DNA of 47,772 nucleotides. Origin: Sedimentisphaerales bacterium (lineage in GTDB: Bacteria > Planctomycetota > Phycisphaerae > Sedimentisphaerales > Anaerobacaceae). The stretch lies in assembly GCA_049644065.1 (NCBI GenBank), contig JBARRE010000118.1:1-47772 (forward strand), written 5' to 3'. Below, one piece after another: positions 16,009 through 24,108 of the stretch. The notes under the pieces are model-generated. The model was not told the origin of the DNA. It searched no databases and worked only from the letters and a program-made list of their open reading frames with translations. Position 1 is the first letter of the stretch; every line of letters begins with the position of its first letter. Both the position numbers and the translations under genes were made by a program.

Positions 16009-17388
16009 CTATCTTGCTCCACTGACTATTTCATCTGCTCGGAGAAGCATTGCTTCGGTGTATTTGAAATTATGAACTCCCCAGCTTCCATCTGCTAATA
16101 CTGATTCGAGAATCGATTGGGCTTGTTCAATGCTCTGGTTTAACCGCGAGGCTGTTTGTCCGCTTGTTGTATTCCGAGCCCTGCTCTTGAGTTGATCCAG
16201 CTTGCGGCTGACTTGTTCGTGCATTGCTTTAATCTTATCCTGCCAGAAAGGTATATACTGTTGACCGGTTCCTTCCTCGTGGCACTTGTCGCAGGCATGA
16301 GGTACGGCTTTGGCAACTGTTCCGTGACTATCCAGGACGCCGGATTTTTGTGCCACCCGCTCGATATGACATCCGGTGCATTCCACGTGTGTGAGAAACA
16401 TCGGGCTGAGAACCCGATCCGTCTGCTGGGTCTGCATCGGATGCTGGGTTGAGTAGATAGTACGCTGGATCTGGTGAGTATCACTGTGACAGTTCTGACA
16501 ATCCATCATGACCGAAATGGATGCCACTTCCGTCTGGCCATGTGACACTTGTCCGTGGCACGCGAAACACTCGACCTTTTCATGATTCGTGTGGGTTTTA
16601 TGCAGTTCCACGCTGTCGGCATGCTGTTCCTTGCTGAAACTGTGGCAATTCAAGCACACGTTATCGTTTACCTTGCTTGTCTTGTGAATATCTTTTTTGT
16701 GACACGAATCTTCACAGCTTGCTTTGTAGGAAACAAACTCGGTATGGTTAATTGTTACCAGGCCTCGCTTAATGATCCTGTCGGGCACCTCGTGGCAATC
16801 TGTACAGCTCGTCTTAATCGCACTGCTGTCGGCCTCGCTGCCCTTGAGGAAGTGGCAGGTATAGCAGGCATCTTTGTTAACGGTGAAGTGCTGGTTTCCT
16901 TCGAAGTGGTTGTGGCAAGTGCCGCATGAAATTTTTATCCCATGGACGTCTTTGTCGATGTGATTTTCGTGGGTGAATTTGATGCCGGCGTAGTCGATTT
17001 CCGTTGAGACAAGCTCTTCATTGCTATGACACTCGGACCTCAGGCAGGAAGCGTCCTGAACGGTGGCATTTGGCTTTGTGCCAACCCGGCCAACTATGCA
17101 ATCGACCGCCTGGGCCAGCCCGTTAATTTTCCCTTTTACGTAACCGGTAAAGCCCGGCTGTAAATGACAGTCAAGGCAGTTGACCTTCGAGTGTTCGGAA
17201 CGTTTCCAACTGTCATAATGGTCATTCATGATGTGGCAGGAATTGCAAAAGCCCGGTTGTCCTGTAACAACAATTGCCCCTGCGGCAAAAAAGGATGCGC
17301 ATAAAACAAGAAGTAATATCTTTACTGGCCACTTCATTTGCCAGAAGATATTCCATCCGAATACAAATATCGCTTTGATATAATTCAC
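16009..17388 (-). CDS. Membrane-anchored NapC/NirT(CymA)-family multiheme cytochrome, extended (10 CxxCH + CX4CH + CX3CH); putative quinol dehydrogenase
   Basis: An N-terminal TM helix is followed by the family hallmark CNSCHIM...Y..W..S.H....C.DCH. Further motifs are CGTCH, CYTCH, CTDCH, CLNCH, CFACH, CQNCH, CTGCH and CDKCH, plus CLRSECH and CEDSCH. The C-terminal helix contains GSWGVHNF. An alternative start is M18 at 17337. Confidence 0.85.
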   Translation of the reverse strand: MNYIKAIFVFGWNIFWQMKWPVKILLLVLCASFFAAGAIVVTGQPGFCNSCHIMNDHYDSWKRSEHSKVNCLDCHLQPGFTGYVKGKINGLAQAVDCIVGRVGTKPNATVQDASCLRSECHSNEELVSTEIDYAGIKFTHENHIDKDVHGIKISCGTCHNHFEGNQHFTVNKDACYTCHFLKGSEADSSAIKTSCTDCHEVPDRIIKRGLVTINHTEFVSYKASCEDSCHKKDIHKTSKVNDNVCLNCHSFSKEQHADSVELHKTHTNHEKVECFACHGQVSHGQTEVASISVMMDCQNCHSDTHQIQRTIYSTQHPMQTQQTDRVLSPMFLTHVECTGCHIERVAQKSGVLDSHGTVAKAVPHACDKCHEEGTGQQYIPFWQDKIKAMHEQVSRKLDQLKSRARNTTSGQTASRLNQSIEQAQSILESVLADGSWGVHNFKYTEAMLLRADEIVSGAR

Positions 17389-17553
17389 TGTTCCACGTCT
17401 TAACTTAACAATAAATTAAATTCATGCTCTTCTTTAAGAACTTCATTTATTTGTGAGTGCCGTCGTTGCCGACAGCTTTTCAAAATCCAACCAATAGCCT
17501 GCTCATATTATATGTGCATTTCAGGCAATTTGTTCACAACACCCTATTGCCTA

Positions 17554-18654
17554 TTAGAACTCGTCATAAAAAATATCATCCGGACGTAAGCCTTTTTCCT
17601 CAAGAACTCGGGTGACCGCTTCGATCATTAGAGGTGGGCCGCAAAGAAATGCCTGACGAGGTATGCCGTGCTCTAAATGCTTATCCGCGGCAAGATGAAT
17701 GAATCCTGTCTCTCCGTCCCATTTTTCTTCGGGCTTCAGTTGGTCGGACAGGGCATAGATTACATGGAAATTCGGATGCTTTCGCTCCAGGTCCTTGAAT
17801 TGTTCGAGGTAAAAGATATCCTCTGTCGTCCGGCAGCCGAAGAATAACCAGCACGAGCGGTTGGGCCAACGGTCGTAGAGTGTGTAGATGATATTCTTCA
17901 TAGGCGCCATCCCACAGCCTCCTCCTACACAAATAATCTCAACAGAGGGGTCCTCATTCAGATAAAAATCCCCGTACGGGCCTGTGAAAGCTACCTCATC
18001 GTTCACGTTTAAATTGTGCAGATATGTCGAGCCAATGCCACCCGGAACTAACCTGACATCAAGCTCCACGACTGTCGGTTCATAAGCCGGCGAACTAATT
18101 GAGTAGGCGCGGAAAACCGGACCGTCGGGGGATGGGGCCTGAATCTGCACATATTGGCCGGGTCGTTGAGAAATTTCCTGAGAATCATCTAATTTCAGTC
18201 TGATTTCCTTTATATCATATGTGAGCTGGCGGGTGCTTTCCACAGTAGCATTAAAGAGCTTAACATTAAGGAAATCCTCGGGAATACGAACGTAGATATC
18301 TTCCCGTATTTTAACCTGACAGGCCAGCCTGGCACCGGAACGAATTTCCTTTCGTGTTAAGTACGGCGTCTCTGTGGGAAGCAGCGGGCCTCCCCCCGAA
18401 GTCACTGTGATTTTGCAGTGTCCACAGGAACCTTTGCCGCCACAAGCGGATGGGATGAAAATCTCGTTGGCGTAAAGGCTCGAAAGCAGCGTCTGTCCGC
18501 CCTCGAGCTCAAGCGGCTTTTCGCCGGCATTGATATCGAGTTTGCAGATCCCGTAATTTATCAGGAAGTGTTCAGCAACCATCAGTCCGGCTGCGAGAAG
18601 TATTACCAGGCCGGAGAAAGAAAGTACCGAATACAAATAAATCGCAAAACCCAT
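17554..18654 (-). CDS. nqrF: Na+-translocating NADH:quinone oxidoreductase subunit F
   Basis: It has an N-terminal TM helix, a plant-type 2Fe-2S motif (CGGKGSCGHC...C) and an FNR-like FAD/NADH domain (RAYSISS, GGCGMAPM). Confidence 0.9.
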   Translation of the reverse strand: MGFAIYLYSVLSFSGLVILLAAGLMVAEHFLINYGICKLDINAGEKPLELEGGQTLLSSLYANEIFIPSACGGKGSCGHCKITVTSGGGPLLPTETPYLTRKEIRSGARLACQVKIREDIYVRIPEDFLNVKLFNATVESTRQLTYDIKEIRLKLDDSQEISQRPGQYVQIQAPSPDGPVFRAYSISSPAYEPTVVELDVRLVPGGIGSTYLHNLNVNDEVAFTGPYGDFYLNEDPSVEIICVGGGCGMAPMKNIIYTLYDRWPNRSCWLFFGCRTTEDIFYLEQFKDLERKHPNFHVIYALSDQLKPEEKWDGETGFIHLAADKHLEHGIPRQAFLCGPPLMIEAVTRVLEEKGLRPDDIFYDEF

Positions 18655-18663
18655 TGAGCACTC

Positions 18664-19254
18664 CTATTGGATCGATACCATTCCGGCAAAGCCCATAAAT
18701 GTCATGGCAAGCACGCCGGTGACGATCATTGCTATAGCTACACCCTCAAAGCATTTCGGGACATGGCTGTATCTCATTTTCTGTCTCAAACCGGCTAAAA
18801 GCACAATGGCAACAGCCCAGCCGATCCCTGCACCCAGGCCAAAGCCTATAGACTGCATAAAACTGTAGTTGCGAATGATCATGAACAGAGATGCGCCGAG
18901 AATTGCGCAGTTTACGGTTATCAAAGGTAAAAATATGCCGAGTGCAAAGTACAGCTTCGGACTGAACCGTTCGACAAACATTTCAACTAATTGTACGAAG
19001 GCGGCGATGACCGCTATGAAGACAATAAATTGCAGATGACCGAGACTCAATGGCATCAGGACAAAGTGGTAAATTACGTAATTTATAATTGTTGTCATAA
19101 TCATCACGAAAATAACGGCGGTGCCCAGTCCCAGTGATGTCTTTATCTGGCCTGAGCACGCGATAAACGAGCACATGCCGAGAAAATTCGTCAGCAGGAT
19201 ATTGTTCGTAAATATCGCCGCGATGAATATCACCCATGCCGATGTCTCACTCAT
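18664..19254 (-). CDS. nqrE: Na+-translocating NADH:quinone oxidoreductase subunit E
   Basis: This polytopic membrane protein has the conserved FLGMC..., ALGIFLPLITVNCAILG and GLG.GIGW blocks of NqrE/RnfA. Its start overlaps the nqrD stop (TAATG). Confidence 0.85.
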   Translation of the reverse strand: MSETSAWVIFIAAIFTNNILLTNFLGMCSFIACSGQIKTSLGLGTAVIFVMIMTTIINYVIYHFVLMPLSLGHLQFIVFIAVIAAFVQLVEMFVERFSPKLYFALGIFLPLITVNCAILGASLFMIIRNYSFMQSIGFGLGAGIGWAVAIVLLAGLRQKMRYSHVPKCFEGVAIAMIVTGVLAMTFMGFAGMVSIQ

Positions 19255-19919
19255 TATTTATTCTCCTCAGGCGCTGGGCCCTTGATAGCATTAAAAATTC
19301 CGATCACGATACCGAGAGCAAAAAATGCTCCGGGGGCCAGAATCATTAGCTGGTTGGGAGTATACCATTCACTGAACGCCGGAATCGTACGTCCCATGAT
19401 CTCTCCGGTACCCAGCAGTTCTCTGAAAAAGCCGATTATCGCCAGTACCACGGCGTAACCAATGCCGTTGGCCAGCCCATCTACAATGGACAGAACCGGC
19501 GGATTCTGGAGTGCGAAAGCTTCGGCCCGGCCCATCACGATACAGTTTGTGATAATCAAGCCGACATAGGGGCCGAGTTGTTTCGACATGTCCCAATAGA
19601 AGGCTTTGAGAAACTGGTCGAAAAGTATGACGAAGGTAGCGATGATAGCCACTTCCGCGATCATCCGGATTCGATGGGGGGTGCGTTTTCGCAGGAGAGA
19701 GACTATCAGGTTTGAGCCGACACAAACGAAGATAAGCGCCGCACCCATTACGAGCGAGTTCTCCAGGCGATTCGTGACCGCCAGAGCCGAACATATCCCC
19801 AGCACCTGAATCGCGAGCGGATTGTTTGCCCAGGCGCCCTCTTTCAGAGTGAGCAGCCCCTTGCCTCCACATAGTCCCTTGGGTTCACAGGCTGCACACG
19901 CTAACTGTTTATCTGCCAT
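19254..19919 (-). CDS. nqrD: Na+-translocating NADH:quinone oxidoreductase subunit D
   Basis: This polytopic membrane protein has the NPLAIQVLGICSALAVT and LIITNCIVMGRAEAFA blocks typical of NqrD/RnfE. Confidence 0.85.
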   Translation of the reverse strand: MADKQLACAACEPKGLCGGKGLLTLKEGAWANNPLAIQVLGICSALAVTNRLENSLVMGAALIFVCVGSNLIVSLLRKRTPHRIRMIAEVAIIATFVILFDQFLKAFYWDMSKQLGPYVGLIITNCIVMGRAEAFALQNPPVLSIVDGLANGIGYAVVLAIIGFFRELLGTGEIMGRTIPAFSEWYTPNQLMILAPGAFFALGIVIGIFNAIKGPAPEENK

Positions 19920-19924
19920 TATTA

Positions 19925-20530
19925 TTACTTCTCCTCAACAATGCTCTTTATGGCCTCGTTGAGCATTTCCTGCACTTTGTCACAGGTCATTGTCGCTCCA
20001 CTTATGCCGTCGACTTTGTTCGCCGCTGCCTCGCCACCGTTCTTAATGATTATTCCCGGATTTCCGGCTTCATCTCGTATCACCAAGCCCACAAACTTGT
20101 CACGAAACGATGGTTTGACGATCTCACCGCCAAGACCAGGTGTCTCTTCCTGTTCGTAAAACGTTATACCCTGAATTTTTGTTATCTTCGGGTCCATAGC
20201 CAGGAAGCCTTTGATCGGACCCCACAAACCGGGACCGGCAAAGCGCATCGCGATTGCGCCGTCATTATTAGCCGATGGAGTATAAACATAAGTCGTTATC
20301 CCTCCTCGCGTCTCCTCTTGAACATTTTTCTCGTATATCTCCACGAGTTCCTCGGAGGATGCCTCGTCCGGCATAGACACGTTTAACGCCAGCAGGATGT
20401 TTTTCACTTCCTCAGCTTCGGCGTTAGCTTTCTTATAAGGAGCCGTAAAACTCGCCGCGAATGTCAGTACCAGTGCACATACCGTACCCAGCGTCGCTGC
20501 GTAAAAGAGAGTATATATATTACCCTTCAT
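19925..20530 (-). CDS. nqrC: Na+-translocating NADH:quinone oxidoreductase subunit C
   Basis: It has a single N-terminal TM helix and a covalent-FMN motif (DGISGATMT). I chose the start at ATG 20530 (MKGNIY...), which has AGGAGG 7 nt upstream and overlaps the nqrB 3' end. The track ORF extends to 20557. Confidence 0.8.
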   Translation of the reverse strand: MKGNIYTLFYAATLGTVCALVLTFAASFTAPYKKANAEAEEVKNILLALNVSMPDEASSEELVEIYEKNVQEETRGGITTYVYTPSANNDGAIAMRFAGPGLWGPIKGFLAMDPKITKIQGITFYEQEETPGLGGEIVKPSFRDKFVGLVIRDEAGNPGIIIKNGGEAAANKVDGISGATMTCDKVQEMLNEAIKSIVEEK

Positions 20531-21623
20531 TTCTAAGCCTCCTGATACGAATCCCAACGACTATTTCATCGAGAATCGGAGCGACAATATTTCCCAGCAG
20601 GATGGCAAATGTCACCCCCTCGACGTATCCGGTGAAGTTCCGGATCAGAACAGTAGTCGAGCCGATTATGATGCCGTAGAACCATTTGCCTGTATTTGTT
20701 GTCGGGCTTGTCACCGGGTCGGTCGCCATATAAAACGCGCCGAAAAGTAATCCTCCGGCAAACAAATGCCACATCACCGGGGCGAACACGCCGGGTATTG
20801 GGTAGGCCACCGTATCGCCTACAATTAAGGCGACTGTCAGAATGACGAATGAACCGAGCATGCTCAAGACTGTTCGCCAATTGGCGACGCGGGTAAACAG
20901 CAAAAACACGCCGCCGAGTATAATCAATATGGCCGAGGTCTCCCCGGCACTTCCTGAAACACTTCCCAATAACAGATGCGCGATAGAACCCATCTCTCCC
21001 TGCTTGGCCAGGGCCAGCGGTGTGGCTCCGCTCACGGCGTCAAGTGAGGGGCTAACCCAGGTCAACAATCCGCCCACAAGCTCGTGACTGGGCTCGACCC
21101 AACTGGCTGCCATTGTCTTCGGGTAGGCGAGCGAAAGAAAGCAACGACCGACAAGTGCGGGATTGAATATGTTTCGTCCCGTTCCACCGAATAATTCCTT
21201 GCCGATGAACACGCCGAATGCGACACCCAGCGCAACCATCCAGAGAGGCAGGTTAGGTGGCAGAATCAATGGAAAGAGTATGCCCGTTACGAAGAAGCCC
21301 TCGTTAATGCCTTCCTTGCGTATCATCGCAAAAATAACCTCAACTGTCAGCCCCGCCGCATACGAGACGATGATCATGGCTAAAAACCGCAGCCCGAAAA
21401 AGTAGAAAGCCGCCAGTACACATGGAACCACAGAGATGATGACCATGGACATGACTCGCTTCAAATCAAGCGGATCACGAATGTGAGGAGCCCCTATCGT
21501 CCTTGTCGATGGCGCAAAGAAGAGATGCTCCAGCGCCCCGAACACAGGATTAAGAATCTGCAGCTTGTCGCCTTCCTCAAAAGTGGGGCGAGCTGCATCA
21601 ATAATCTTTAACAACCACTTCAC
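20520..21623 (-). CDS. nqrB: Na+-translocating NADH:quinone oxidoreductase subunit B
   Basis: This polytopic membrane protein has the FMN-threonine motif AVSGATPLA. I chose the GTG start at 21623, which overlaps the nqrA stop (GTGA) and follows GAGGAG. The longer track ORF (to 21785) would add 54 aa that overlap nqrA. Confidence 0.8.
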   Translation of the reverse strand: MKWLLKIIDAARPTFEEGDKLQILNPVFGALEHLFFAPSTRTIGAPHIRDPLDLKRVMSMVIISVVPCVLAAFYFFGLRFLAMIIVSYAAGLTVEVIFAMIRKEGINEGFFVTGILFPLILPPNLPLWMVALGVAFGVFIGKELFGGTGRNIFNPALVGRCFLSLAYPKTMAASWVEPSHELVGGLLTWVSPSLDAVSGATPLALAKQGEMGSIAHLLLGSVSGSAGETSAILIILGGVFLLFTRVANWRTVLSMLGSFVILTVALIVGDTVAYPIPGVFAPVMWHLFAGGLLFGAFYMATDPVTSPTTNTGKWFYGIIIGSTTVLIRNFTGYVEGVTFAILLGNIVAPILDEIVVGIRIRRLRNEG

Positions 21624-23041
21624 TCGGCTTTCTCCTCTGATTTTCTGCGTGCCTCTTCCTGGCGCAGTTGTTCCTGAAGTATTTCTTCCTTTTCCTTCTC
21701 GATAAGTACCTTTGCGTCGATTAGCTGTTTTCTCAGGTCTATCTTCGACGGACAGACATAAGAGCACAGCCCGCACTCCACACAAAGATCCACTCGGGCC
21801 TGCTCAGCTTCCTCAATCAGGTCCGCATACAGGTATTTGTGGATTAGATAAGGCATGATGCCCGCAGGACATACCTCTTCACAATAATTGCAGGAAATGC
21901 ATGGTCGCAGTTCTCCTCGTATGCCTGTATTTAATTGCTCCCGGAATTTTTTTCGCAGAGAACTTAAGAAACAATCGGCATAACAATGTCGATCCCATCC
22001 CGGCCTGATGAATCCGAGGAATTCCCTTTCCTCCTGTTCGCGAAGGATTGTTATTCCTCTGCATTCCGTATCCACGCCCAATGTTTCTGCCGGTAATATC
22101 TCGCCTGTTAGTATACCGCCGTTGATCACCCTCGCAGCGGGTTCAAACACATATTTATCTTTGATTTTCTGTATCGGATATCCCGGCGTAACCTTCATAT
22201 GCGTCGGCATGTTGACGCCCATTCCACCTATGGATACGATCCTGACCGTACACGGCTTTGTCAGTGTCAGGGCGCGGTCCACCGCCAGGACTCCCTCTGT
22301 ACGAACCGCCCAGACAGGACCTCCGCTCGGTTTGAGGTTCAATCTCCTGGCAAGAATTTCGAAATGATCATACGGGTACTTGAGTGGTATCTCCAGCATC
22401 TTCACTGATGCATACCCACGTATCTGATTTCGAATTAGATTCGCAAATTCAGATGAAATATTAGGCATTACCAGATAAATAGGCTGATATTCCAGCAGAG
22501 ACTGCAAATGTTCCAAACCCCTTGTGAAGTTCAAAAGTCTCTTGTGGAGCTGCACATCTCCTCTGGTAAGAAACGGTTCGAGGCTCAAAGTAGAGACAAT
22601 AACTGCCTGCGGCGTGCCGAGCGGGTCGGGTAATGCTCCCGTAAAAGCATCGTAGAAGAATTGCCAGGCACCAAGGGACAAGAGCTTATATCGCTTAATA
22701 CCGGCCGTGCCCATTTCCCGTTCTACATGCGACATTTCCTTTGCAGCAATATCGGCGCGCTCCTCAAGCTGAGCAGTGTCTTCAATTACTATATGGCCCT
22801 CAACGGCCTTTAAACGGACAGTACCAGTCCGCGGCGCCAGCAGGGGGACTGCATAGTTATCAGGATCAGTTGCCAGAACATCGCCGCCGCTCACTTTCTG
22901 ACCATTATTAACACGGACGTCAGTGAACGTGAAACGTTCGCTGCGCAAAGGCAGGTAGAGAACCTTAGGTTCCGGCATTGCCGTCACTGCGCTCGCAGGT
23001 TTTCCCTTCAGTAGTATGTTATAACCGCCTCTGAATCTCAC
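21620..23041 (-). CDS. nqrA: NqrA-like subunit carrying an RnfC-type C-terminal 2x[4Fe-4S] ferredoxin motif
   Basis: It is the first gene of the operon. It has a GTG start with GAGGGA upstream and an NqrA/RnfC-like N-terminal barrel-sandwich segment. I see no GxGGAGFP (51K-type FMN/NADH) motif. The C terminus has CISCNYCEEVCP and CVECGLCSYVCPS, followed by a K/E-rich tail. Confidence 0.75.
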   Translation of the reverse strand: MRFRGGYNILLKGKPASAVTAMPEPKVLYLPLRSERFTFTDVRVNNGQKVSGGDVLATDPDNYAVPLLAPRTGTVRLKAVEGHIVIEDTAQLEERADIAAKEMSHVEREMGTAGIKRYKLLSLGAWQFFYDAFTGALPDPLGTPQAVIVSTLSLEPFLTRGDVQLHKRLLNFTRGLEHLQSLLEYQPIYLVMPNISSEFANLIRNQIRGYASVKMLEIPLKYPYDHFEILARRLNLKPSGGPVWAVRTEGVLAVDRALTLTKPCTVRIVSIGGMGVNMPTHMKVTPGYPIQKIKDKYVFEPAARVINGGILTGEILPAETLGVDTECRGITILREQEEREFLGFIRPGWDRHCYADCFLSSLRKKFREQLNTGIRGELRPCISCNYCEEVCPAGIMPYLIHKYLYADLIEEAEQARVDLCVECGLCSYVCPSKIDLRKQLIDAKVLIEKEKEEILQEQLRQEEARRKSEEKAE

Positions 23042-23399
23042 TTTGTCGGTTCCCTCAAAAGCCGTTTATCAAATCTAATTTGAATTCAGCGTCTTTGGTA
23101 TATAAACCCTTACCTCTAATATTCATCGACCTTGTATAGAACGGAATAATCTGTCACTCTTGAAACCATACATTACTTATATAAACAACATTTTACCCTA
23201 ATTGGCGGCTAAATTCAATCTTTGAATTAAGCCCTGAGACTCATTGATAGGCCAAAATGACACCATGTTCCCATTTATGAGAATTTGTCAGGGCGGCGAG
23301 GCTGCCGTTAAACAACACTTTGCAGCATCCCGAAGAAATGCCATTCGAATGTTGTGGATATCATATTCTGTATAATTGTTTGCCAGTAATCACCATTAT

Positions 23400-23879
23400 T
23401 TAGGAAACACGAAAACGGGCATCGAGCTTGAAAAGCCGTTTCATGGGTAAATTTAGGACCTTCGACCTTTCAAGACATAAAGATTTACGGATTTGCTCAA
23501 GTATGTTCTCTATCCTATTGTTATCGACTGCGATTAACGTAAACCAAATATTGAAAACATCGTTACGCAGATAGCTGTGGGTCACTTCATAAAACTGACC
23601 GATAACGTCGGCAGCACGGTCTACAACCTCAGAGTCAACACTCACAGCAGCCAATGTGCTATAAAAGCCAAGTTTATTGGAATCGAAACTGGCCCCCATA
23701 CGGCGAATCACACCTTCATCAAGCATTAACTGGATTCTGTCCCAAAGTTCTTCTTTCGAAATCTGCAGTCTATCGGCGACAACCTCATAAGGTCTCTCGC
23801 TCAGAGGGAAATTATCTTGAAGCTCTTGGAGTATCTGGCTGTCGATTTTATCCATAGCGTCCTTTCTGACGTATGACAA
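23400..23879 (-). CDS. Siroheme decarboxylase subunit (AhbA/AhbB, NirD/L/G/H family; Lrp/AsnC-like)
   Basis: The N terminus has DKIDSQILQELQDNFPLSERPYEVVADRLQISKEEL...EGVIRRMGASFD, characteristic of AhbA/B-NirDLGH proteins. A second family member lies at 34366..34875. Confidence 0.75.
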   Translation of the reverse strand: MSYVRKDAMDKIDSQILQELQDNFPLSERPYEVVADRLQISKEELWDRIQLMLDEGVIRRMGASFDSNKLGFYSTLAAVSVDSEVVDRAADVIGQFYEVTHSYLRNDVFNIWFTLIAVDNNRIENILEQIRKSLCLERSKVLNLPMKRLFKLDARFRVS

Positions 23880-24108
23880 ATGTTATCATTCTGACTCTAT
23901 TGCCAATTCAAGTTTTCACTTGATCTTTGTCTATTAGATTATTATACATAAAGACTATAATGGAAAACTGCAGAAAAGTAAAGGCAAAGCCCAACAAAGA
24001 TCGCTCACACTTCCATAGAGACATGGCTTGCAGGGCAAAGTTTCTCATTTGTAAGAAAAGCAAAAAAAACTCAACTTTCTTCTATAATATTTCCAATTTA
24101 GGATAAGA

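Noticed and set aside
21624-21785. A 54-aa N-terminal extension of NqrB in the ORF track
   Set aside because: It would overlap nqrA by 166 nt, and its sequence (Arg/Gly/Thr-rich) is not NqrB-like. A GTG at 21623 overlapping the nqrA stop, with GAGGAG upstream, gives a normal NqrB N terminus.
17554-23041. Whether the six-gene operon is Rnf rather than Nqr
   Set aside because: The last gene encodes a TM + 2Fe-2S + FNR-like FAD/NADH protein (NqrF), not an RnfB polyferredoxin. The first subunit lacks the RnfC FMN/NADH motif. I kept the Nqr call and flagged the RnfC-like Fe-S motifs separately.
23337-23400. Sigma-54-like TGGCA elements on the minus strand upstream of nqrA
   Set aside because: Both candidates (TGGCATTTCTTCGGG and TGGCAAACAATTATA) lack the TTGC -12 element at the required spacing. 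They also sit more than 300 nt from the nqrA start.
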